A DNA stretch of 63,595 nt, filler included, from Choristocarpus tenellus KU-1152 (taxonomy: Eukaryota; Protista; Phaeophyceae): the NCBI GenBank assembly GCA_964200185.2. It is 5 parts of 5 records of this genome, joined end to end, with 100 filler letters (N's around TTAATTAATTAA, not from the genome) between each part and the next. Parts side by side here need not be neighbours in the genome. Positions count along the whole stretch, not along the records: positions 54,122 to 60,763 come from CAXNAD020007683.1; positions 60,864 to 63,595 come from CAXNAD020025228.1; 3 more parts are not named here. The stretch is one strand, 5' to 3'. Shown here piece after piece: positions 54,122-63,595 of this stretch (positions are counted from its first letter, which is position 1; each line of letters opens with the position of its first letter). Made by a program: the position numbers and the translations under genes. A model generated the notes under the pieces. It was not told the DNA's origin. It saw nothing but the letters and a program-made list of their open reading frames with translations, and made no database searches.

Positions 54122-56093
54122 GTTGACGCCACCTTTGGTATGAAGATTGGCCGCTACGTACATACGCACCGCCTCTAACATGAAAGATGATCACGAGATC
54201 ATCTCAACATAGTAACTCCTTTGTGACTAGCCTTCCTTCTTTCTAAGCGTGCCAGAACTACACGATAATAACAGCCATTAACACCAAAAATATACACGAA
54301 GTACAAGCTTTTCATGTAGGTAGAGAGTGAAACATTAGTTCGTTCTTCTTTGTGGGCTTTGTAAGTTTTTTTGGTGGATGTGACCTATCAATCCCTTACT
54401 TGTACAAACCACATAACACACGAAAAAATAGTTATAACGAAAAGAAGAAGACGNNNNNNNNNNCATAACACTCGAATAAATATTTATAACTAATAGAAGA
54501 AGACGTATGTATGTATGTACTGTATAATACAATCTGTAGTGTACCATACATATTATTATAAGAATACCAAAACCGTTACCGGCTCCCCCCGGGGGGGCCC
54601 GTCTGTCCTTATACGATTGGCTTGGTCGAGGTCGCTTCCAAATCGTAGCGGTGCCCTCCACAAGCACCGAAATAGTTTTGAACAAAAATAACAAAATATA
54701 TCCCATTCAAAAAGGGGCCCTTAAAAAGTGCCGCAACATTTACAAAAAAAAACGTATCGGTACTTTTTCTGCACCATTTTCGGTCAAAACCATCCTCAAT
54801 AGTACAGAGTGGTCATGATCGAAGATCGATGTGTAAGCGACAGTATCTGATTGCAATACAAGGCAGAAGTAGTAGTAGGCGAACCTGTGAGGAGGTTGGG
54901 CAATGCATATCTGTTGTTTGAAAGGCGCAAATAATGCTCAATGGAGAGTCGTGTTTGTGCTACAAGTTGTGACATTGGAATTTGTAGCAGTTCAGAGAGT
55001 TGTCAATGGTATCAAGGAGACCGTAGTATTGTGCGTACTTCCCGTACACACCCCATACCCACTACCTGTCTTAACACATGATGGCATGATTTACCTTCGG
55101 CGATTGATTGTGTGATTTTTTATCGCTTCGTTTTGTATCCAGACTATTTAACCTATCTTCCAAATAACTAGTAGACTACAAATTACCACTTACAACAATG
55201 CAACTCTACCAAATACACCACATCATCCTATCCTGACCGACATGAATGACGTAAAAAGGTTCTAATGTTTGTTAGCCATACTTCCATTTAAAAAAGGAAC
55301 AGTATTATTGCAACTGGAACAAACTTGAAAAAAGAGATACTAATTACGAAAATGGTACCAAAATATTTCCTTTCAAAATAAATAGGAAGAAAAAGAATAC
55401 TGTGGCTTGAACAAATTGAAAATGATATATTATTTATCAAAATAGTATACTAAACAATAAAACAAAAAAAACATGCTGACATTGAGAACAGTTTAAAACC
55501 ACAAAGGTACAATAAACGTGAATTGTATTCCTTTCGACGCGAACTGGCTTTTGACATGTTCCCTCAATTCAACTAACGAAAACAGTACTTAAGAACTTTG
55601 CTCCTTAACACACAAATGACCCTCATCAAGGTGGTTACACTTGGACGTACTGGAGATAAGAACCAAGAGATCCAGAATTCAGAACGCCTTGCGAACGTTC
55701 TGACATATTTCTTAGGACCTGTGGCTGCTGTGAATTGGTTTTGGCTCCTGAACCCTTGAAATGTAGATTTGGATTTGGAAATATCATTTAATGTTCTTTC
55801 TAGGATTCTGATCTACCAACATATTGCATTTTCGTGAATTAGTCAGTTCAACTGTCATCTATCCTCTCCATAGGAATATTCTCCAGCTATGCGCAAGCTA
55901 TGACATGATAGAATTATCAAAATTGAGGTTTCAAGGTAGAGAGAGAGGGGGGGAAACATAGAGGTTAACTCGAATGGTCCTTCGTCTCATACATCCAACA
56001 ACCTACCTATTATATCTCATCTCATTTCAGCGCCCTTCGAGTCACCTCGTTCTCTCCAAGTCTTCGCCTGGAACTGTGATACTCGTGTGTCCA

Positions 56094-57355
56094 ATGAATC
56101 TACTCGATAGAACTAGGACAAGAGATGGTTTCCAGCAGGCTCGGCAACCTGGCGACTCAAGGCCAACTGGTGTTCACCCATCCGTAGATATTGCACAAAG
56201 GTTCGTTACCCCAGGTGTATATCATCTTCGGCCTAGCGGCATTAGCGCTGCATCACGCTCAGAGCCCGTCCATGCATGGTCGCATTCGAGTGAAATGACT
56301 CGGGTTCCCCATTCCAGATCTGGTGCAGTGACTTTTACATTACATTCGGAAACTCCACGTCGTGAGAGGAAGAGAACCCCTGCCCCACCTAGTCTCCGCA
56401 CCTCCTGCAACCTATGTTGAACGTAAGCCTACTTTTCCTTTCTATGCTCTGGCGAAGAGTATAGTTCTGTGCCCTGCTACAGCGCTACTGTGCAACATTT
56501 TCTGTCCTAGCAATTGTACATCAAATCATTGAAGCACTCTCGTTGTCACCGGTATCTCCCAGAAAGTCGCTTAATGCTTGGCCGGTAAAACCCTACATCC
56601 TAGTAAGTCGGGAACACTGTGCGTTGACTCCATCGTATGTATCGTAGAACACACTGCAGGTGTCACGATGTCACAACTTTTTTGGTTTAGTACCAACACT
56701 GCACTTTCTCCCTATTAGATCGATCATCTTGAACACCGCAATTGGCATTATTGAATGGATATCGACCAATTTGTTTTCCACATCATCAAAAAAAATTGTG
56801 TCCCAAGTCATCCACCCTGCGGGTTTAGACATGCGGATACATTACCCCTCTTTGGTAGTAAATTCATTGTCCTTTCCCACTTGAACTTTTCTATTATCAT
56901 ATTTTGGGTTATTATGGCTGTATTGCAAGGAATGTGATGTCCTGCACGTGTAGAGCACTAGGTCTAATGAAAGAAAATCTGGTACATATTCTCTTGTACG
57001 TCGATTTTTTTACCACCCTGGTCTGTTTAATTCAGAGTCCACTTCTCATCGGATCTTGGCAACCTATCGCAACAGGGCAAAGAAGGCATGCGATGGGCAT
57101 GTCCCATGTAGCCGATGTGTTCGCTTGGGTGAGCAATGTGTATATGAAATGCGAAAGCGGGCGGGGCCCAAGCCAAACGAGACTCGGAAATCTGCTGGTA
57201 CTGGCAGTTCCCACTCTCGCCTTGACCGTGAAAGAAGCTCAGTAGCAGCATCTGCGACTTCAGCTCAGTCTCGAGATCTGCCGCGAGATGAGCCTTCAAG
57301 GAGGGGGCGAGTATCACGAAACCCCCTGTCAATAGCCAAGCTTCTGACGAGTTGA
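56094..57355 (+). pseudogene. Zn(II)2Cys6 transcription factor gene with an in-frame TGA
   Basis: Exons 56094-56422 and 57076-57355 join to give SCNLC*TAKKACDGHVPCSRCVRLGEQCVY (C-x2-C-x6-C-x5-C-x2-C-x6-C). TGA at 56418-56420. Downstream exons not resolved. Confidence 0.75.
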
Positions 57356-58649
57356 ATGTTTGAGTGGAAGTCGATATTAACGTCGTACCAACTGGACATG
57401 GCGGTAACTAGCTTGTATGAAAGGAACTCTTGCCACTGACTGGGATAATTTGGCTGCACACGTGACTGACTTACTCTTTGCTCAGGAGCGGCAGGAAAGG
57501 AGGAGATGGTTAATTTTTGGTGTATGTTCTGTCATCGTTGCTGCTTACCTTCACAAGGCGATATGAGGGGAATTGGAGAGGAGCTTAGTAGGCATTTCAA
57601 ATACTATCGATGGAGATGTCTATATATTGGACGTGTGGCTTATTGCCTTTTGCACTCACTGCATTTTGTCCCTTGGAAGTCAGTAGAAACGTGCAAGGAA
57701 AGCTCTGACCGTTGTGTAAATTTAGACAGTACCAACGGCACGCCAAAGGTGGCAAGGGGTACGTATACCAAAACTTGTTTGGAGGCTGTGTAAGAGCTGT
57801 TTCCATTGATGTTATTTAAGTAGAAGGAATTATCAGCGATATGAGTGCTTGTTGTAATTGGAAGAACGAAGAGTCGTCCTTTCGACAATTGTTTTGCCCA
57901 CTTTTCGACGGGAGTTGGACGGGGCGTTTCAGACTTCTTGTGAGACTGCATTTAGACTTTATCGGTCATTAGTTTTTCCCGTTTTGCACCGCAAAGTACC
58001 TGTTCTGCCCATTGTTTTACCCAATACTTTTTTTACAGCTATTGTACTCTCTGTGTTGACCCTCTTCCGGTAATTGGTTCTCCAAGAACTTTGAAGTACG
58101 TATTATGTATCCAAGATATATAATGTTTGTTTTCAACAGATAGAACACGAGGGTTGTTCTGTTTAATCACATTTAATAATCAGTGGGAACTTGGTTGTAT
58201 CCTAGGAGCAAATCATACTTTAGAGAAGTAACTCTTACAGTACATGTGTACTTGTTGTGAATTATTGTGGAAAGCAAATACACTGGAAAGTAATTTTTGT
58301 GTGTGTGATGTTGATTGATGAGGTTTTACGTATTACATGGTAATACTATGACACTATTTAGCGGTAAATTATGTAGCTTGGCATGTGTACGAATCTTCCT
58401 GTTTACGGGTCTGGAGAGTGTATTTATTGGTTGGGTTGAATGATGTGGGAATTTTTAGGATGGAGGATTCAGCGTAAGGAGTGAGTGCTGCAACATATCA
58501 CTTGGAGGTCTACAGTTGCATTGGGGTGTATTCCATCCCCATCTAGCAAGCCAAGAGCCCAGTCCTATACCTGACAACCAAGGTAAACAGTCAACTACTC
58601 GATAGTATTATATTATTAGAGAGTGGCAAAAATTTCATTATACCATGTA

Positions 58650-60660
58650 GTATGCTTCTACTTTGCTAGTTTGTGGAAATGCTTCTTTTAGACAGAACTG
58701 GCAGAAGAAGTGGAATAGTGATACAGTTATTGGAATTTACTTCGACACATCAATTGACTAACAATGTCAAATATTAGCCCGTACAAAATGTGACCATCCT
58801 TTCCTGTCCTCTAGGCATCTACAGCATGGTTTCCAAAAACTTGCACCACCACATTCTTCTGTCCGTGATATTGAAATATCACACGACAAAAATTATTTGG
58901 ACAGATGTTGTGCTTGAGGCAAATCCTTCGGTTCAGAAACTTGATATTTCAATGTCCTCAGTATGATGCAGGGCAGCAGGTACAGCGTGGAATGGAGTGG
59001 AAAGTCAAGTCAGGGAAACCTGGTACCAAAATCAATCAGCACTTATGTCAGTAATCAGTTTGTTCACGTGTCACATTGAGCCCCAAGATAGTGCTGTGTA
59101 GTACATAACCGAACGCCTCAACTGTGGTTCACTCATATTAGATTTTATTTTAATCTTCAAATATGTGTGTCACAATTCTGTGCTTTTTTAAAGTAGATTG
59201 TTGCCACATTGTCAATTTTTCAACATGCATGACACCGTTTTTTGAACCGCTTCCATTTTCCTTTGGTTTTAATGTGAAGTTCTTGTGTTTCGTATCAGGA
59301 GTCGACAGCAATGTTGCCCTCTCATTTCTCCCACCCAATATTGTGTGTTTTTCACCTGAGACATGATCAAAATCGGAAATGTGGGTATATACACAACTGT
59401 TGAGAGAGTTTGCCTTGCACCTTCTTTTCCGATGCTTATAGTCAGGGTGTGTTCAGTGATCCTTCTTAGACCTGCAGTGAATATGACGGGTAGGTAGAGT
59501 TGATGTGGATCTGTATATTAGATGTTACAAGTGCCCCTTGTCTTGATTTCTCTTGACTGATCAGGTTTGAGGAGGAGGGGGTGAGTTACAGAGGTATACG
59601 CTACCATGTCGAGTTTGCAATGTCCACACAGGCCGCCTAAGTCTTTCTCTGGAGTACATTTGTCGCTTACCTGCTCAACCAATATATTTAGAATAGAACC
59701 CAACTCACAGAATAAACCTGGTGTATCATGAGATATATTAGTAGGCGATCCAATACCAAACAACCCCATCAGGAAATTTTTGATACCAGTACATCACCAT
59801 CCCTACATACATCCCTTATTTTCTGTCCTTAAATAGTGAGTCAGCGGCACTCATTATGAACAGGTTGTCCTATACTACAAATACCAAATCATGTGCATTT
59901 CTCCAAGACATCCTTTTAACGGTTGATTGCCAACATGCAAACGGTCAGATATTAGAACTCCCAAATGTGAGTGAGTCACACTGTCTTCTTACCCAATATG
60001 TTCTACTCATTTCACCTTCACTCCGATACTTACTGCACCATGTACAAAAAAAATAAATCGTCACAACGGTTTATATTGTGTGGAATAAGGGTTGGTGTTT
60101 CTCGAATGTGAACTGCTGCAGGTCTCCCACAGATCTTAGACGTTTCACTCCCAGCATTAATAATTCATCAATGAACTCTATCACCCAAGTTCCAAGTGAC
60201 ATACATATCATCAACCCCGTTTGCAACAAAATACCTCTAAGGGCTACACTCTTTGTATGTTGTGTGTGTAACTCCTTTTACTGCAAGCAAAAGACGTCGG
60301 AACGTGTTTCAGGGAAAATCTTTGCTAACCTTCTCTCCTTGCCCTGCCAATTGTTTGGAAGGATCATCTACAAGAACCCTGTCTAAAAAAATGAAGGCAG
60401 CTTGTCCACAACTCTTGTTCTTTCTCAGACAAGCCCCCTGCTTTTCAAAATAATCCTCCTGTTCTTTCCTGGCAAGTTCGACAAAGGAATAACCTACAAT
60501 ACTGGAGGAGCTCTGCTGTAATCAAGGAGGTGATTTGGGTGGACCTTGCCACGCAAATTAAATTTGTAATCTGGATAGTAATGAAACACTTAGAAATTGT
60601 ATCATCAACAATAATATAGTGATCGATCATCAAAACGATTGAAGGGTACATTTAGAAGTG
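58650..60660 (-). mobile_element. Probable degenerate Helitron RepHel relic
   Basis: Fragments RRLLLAVKG...TTYKE near 60300, and PGFP...CIILRTL near 59000, resemble Helitron Rep-linker and Pif1 C-terminal motifs in the expected order; many stops and frameshifts. Confidence 0.4.
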
Positions 60661-60763
60661 TGAACCTAGAAAAGGATATTTGAGATATTAATAGTAGTAT
60701 CATTCTCTCTTGTTGTGTAATCTCATGGATTGATGCAGCACCCATCTCTCTGTTTCTTTTGTG

Positions 60764-60863
60764 NNNNNNNNNNNNNNNNNNNNNNNNNNNNNNNNNNNNN
60801 NNNNNNNTTAATTAATTAANNNNNNNNNNNNNNNNNNNNNNNNNNNNNNNNNNNNNNNNNNNN
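60764..60863. other. Artificial contig linker
   Basis: 100-bp N run containing TTAATTAATTAA. Confidence 0.97.
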
Positions 60864-61082
60864 GACTCAATTCAACACAATAATCTCATATACACAAAAT
60901 AGGTACACCTTACTATTGTCCTATTCTCCACACTATAGACTACCTAGCCTATATTGCACAACTTCCACCCTTTTCGACTCTTTCACCCCTTTACAATAGT
61001 AGTCCTCACTTGTTGACCTCGCCTCAACTCTTACAAATCTGCGTTCTGGTACACCCTGCAAAGGCAGAATTTTCATCGGAGC

Positions 61083-62113
61083 CTAATTTGATGGGGAAAC
61101 GATTGGTCTGCACAGCGGAAAATCCTGCAGTATCTCCGGGCAGGGAAATGACGTATGACACAACAGAGCAAGCACAAAACGTTGTGCAACCCCGACATCT
61201 GCGTCACCACTAGCACCAGCAACAACGGTTCCGTGTTCCCCAGCAGTGTCCTCTTCAAACTCATCATCAGTGCTCGACATCGCGCTCTTGATTGAACAAA
61301 TAAAGGTACTGACCGACCAGTTCCCGTCTCCTCTTGGATCTGGCGAAGGGGCACCAACGAAGGTATTTTCGAGATCAGGCAAAGTGACGGGTACAAGATA
61401 TGCAGCAACCGGAATAAAGGGAGTGTTATCTCCAGTTCCTGGATACTCCTTGAGCTTCTTCCCAAGCACACCAACAGAGCTACTTCAATCAGGCGACAAG
61501 GTGAACGAGACACCTGGAAAACACGAGGACAAGCAGAGACAGGATGCTCTTCATTAATGTCAATGAGAGGTCTGGTAGAGCGAAGGTGCCAGGAATACGG
61601 GGTAAAGGAAACTTAGCAAATTGGGTAAGGTCTACAACCGTGGATTGCTTGTGTGTTGTGGGCATCCATCATCGGGATGATTTTCCGAGCACAAATATTG
61701 GGCGATTGTTTGATACGCGGAGTGACTCATAGATGTCGTTGATTTTATGGGTTAGGTTATGTGTGTGTGAAAGCCACGCTGACCTGGCATGGTGGGTGAC
61801 CTGTGGCGATCTCGATTCCTAGTGGAGTCTCAGCCCTCTCATTGTGGATATTTATTGTTGACCTTGGCTTTACTGTTGGCAAGGTGAGGTGGCATATTTC
61901 TAAGGTTTTGTCTGGAGTAGAATAAAATATAGCCAATAATATCTTCCGTCGGGTTAAACAAATGTTTTGAACAGACGGTAAAAGAAAGTCAACATGATAA
62001 GACCACTTCCTTGGCTCGTCTTCTTTCTTGGGTGTTGTAGTGTATGAAGTCAAGTGGAGTGCGATGCTTTGTTTCCCATTTAACATGATGCTCAAGAGGA
62101 GTTGACATATCAT
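61083..62113 (-). pseudogene. Disrupted coding-like sequence of unknown family
   Basis: Several abutting minus-strand ORF pieces broken by stops or frameshifts; no motif recognised. Confidence 0.25.
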
Positions 62114-62643
62114 ACCCTTTCGTGTAGTACGTGTGACTGAACGAAGCGGTTATTTTTAGACTGCCTGCAGTTCGTTCAGAATGTGGGTTGTCAGCAATGT
62201 ACCCAACTTAGAGGGATAAATGTGATGGGTGGGAGACTGTAGTAACAGTGTCTGATCTGATTGTGAGGATAATATTATCCATCTCGAACGTGTACTTTGC
62301 CCTTGTACGCAATATTATAAGAAAGATTGATTTATATATATATATATATATATATATTTTAGTAAATATTTATTAGATGAGGGGTTATAGGTTCGATGCT
62401 TCAAGGTATATACTTGTTTGCTCTTAGAATGTTTCAGAGCAAAATTGATCCATTTTATTTTTGAAAGCAGGGATTGCGTTATATGATTCAGATTCCGGTA
62501 GTGTTCTTTTAGAGTTGCGAATTGCCCACAGTGTGTCATTGTGATTTGTCATTCCAGGATGACTATATAGGCAAAACTTTGGTTCTCAATCATCAAGGAA
62601 TTATTTTGCTCACTTGTCTGACAGTAGGGATGTTAAGAACCCA

Positions 62644-62720
62644 GATCCAAAGTATCTGTGGGGGGAGAGGATTCTACGCCAGGGTGTCCACATTTTGAAC
62701 CAAAAGCAGGAAAAGTGCAG
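62644..62720 (+). mobile_element. Truncated poly-G TIR MITE
   Basis: CCAAAGTATCTGTGGGGGGAG...CCAGGGTGTCCAC...CAAAAGCAGGAAAAGTGCA matches the 5' half of the family. Confidence 0.75.
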
Positions 62721-62880
62721 GATCATGAGTTCCAGTCCTCGTCAATGCATACAGAGAGTAACAGTTTTTGTTACCTTTCGTTTCGTACCTTTCAAACGTA
62801 TTGGATCAATGAAGGATGGGTTTGTATCTGTCTTTGTTGATGTAAAGATTAGAATATCATTCTAATTTCGTATTAACCCT

Positions 62881-63360
62881 AACGCACATGTTTTGGGTGT
62901 TCAACGGTAAACGCGATCCGGACGGATCTTTAATACCATAGATCCGCTTATTTGTCGTCTCTAGTATTTTTAAGAATACTAAAGACGCCAAGAAGCGGAT
63001 TTAGTATTTAAATAAATTGTGGGTACCAGTTGGAAGTGTCCTTTTAGTCTCTGAAAATTGGAAGCGTGTGAGACCCATAAAGTGCGTTCTTGGTATTTTC
63101 AAAAACTGTAAGAACGGTTATTACTGGATTTACTATTTCTAAAAATACTAATGCACGTGTTTAGGGTGTTCACGAGTAAAACTGATCCGATCGGATCAGT
63201 ATTACTCAAAGAATCACTTTGTGCCGCCTCTACAATTTACCAGAATCCAAATGTCCAATTTGGTAAGACTGTACTTCAAAAATGTAGAGGGTGCTAGTTG
63301 TTTTTTGACGTTTTGGTTACTGAACATTGGAAACATACAAGATGAATGAAGTATGTGCTT
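62881..63360. repeat. Diverged ~269-bp tandem unit rich in hairpins
   Basis: Units start at 62881 (AACGCACATGTTTTGGGTGTTCA) and 63150 (AATGCACGTGTTTAGGGTGTTCA). Both carry two stems at equivalent positions, including a perfect 20-bp palindrome at 63181-63200. Confidence 0.7.
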
Positions 63361-63429
63361 TGTTTTGCTCACGAATTCTGGATTATCATTATTTGCTCAT
63401 TCCTAATTTGCTATTCCTCTATCCTCTAT

Positions 63430-63591
63430 TCCCCATTTGATGACCAAGCAGTGTGAATGCCCTTCGTCACTGGTTGCCAGCCATCCCCATTTGATGACCA
63501 ACCAGTGCGAATGCCCTTCGTCACTGATTGCAAGCCATCCCCATTTGATGACCAACCAGTGCACATACCCTGCGTGACCGATCGCCAGCCA
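63430..63591. repeat. 54-bp minisatellite, 3 copies
   Basis: Units TCCCCATTTGATGACCAA... start at 63430, 63484 and 63538. Confidence 0.9.
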
Positions 63592-63595
63592 TGAC

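Noticed and set aside
60100-60190. Viral superfamily-1 helicase motif (FIDELLML...VGDLQQ)
   Set aside because: Spacing is too short and no Walker A was found; neighbouring fragments fit a decayed Helitron better.
63430-63591. CRISPR-like array
   Set aside because: Whole 54-bp units are similar to one another, with no unique spacers and no cas genes; the context is eukaryotic.

Overview
Eukaryotic, intron-rich nuclear DNA. A stramenopile, probably a brown alga or close relative, is inferred from gene style, TTAGGG repeats and a Zn2Cys6 gene; this is not proven. The window is not one locus: four 100-bp artificial linkers (N-TTAATTAATTAA-N) join five contigs, and several genes are cut at contig or window ends. 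Gene models were built by hand with in-frame splice junctions. Contig A (1-19710): IQ-motif protein, coiled-coil protein, sepiapterin reductase-like SDR, PanB, and the 3' part of NDUFAF7. Contig B: SWSAP1-like gene and a 10-exon GH10 glycoside hydrolase. Contig C: a dead Copia element, an intronless mRNA capping enzyme fusing a CYTH/TTM triphosphatase to a guanylyltransferase, a tandem PA-domain protein, and the 5' part of a spermidine/thermospermine synthase. Contig D: a Zn2Cys6 gene with an in-frame TGA and a probable Helitron relic. Contig E: a degenerate ORF, a structured ~270-bp repeat and a 54-bp minisatellite. The most unusual signals are (1) many short intronic TTAGGG tracts, several with target-site-like duplications, suggesting telomerase-type healing of breaks; (2) the intronless TTM-GTase capping enzyme; (3) frequent AAG 3' splice sites; and (4) a repeated hairpin unit whose stems covary between copies.
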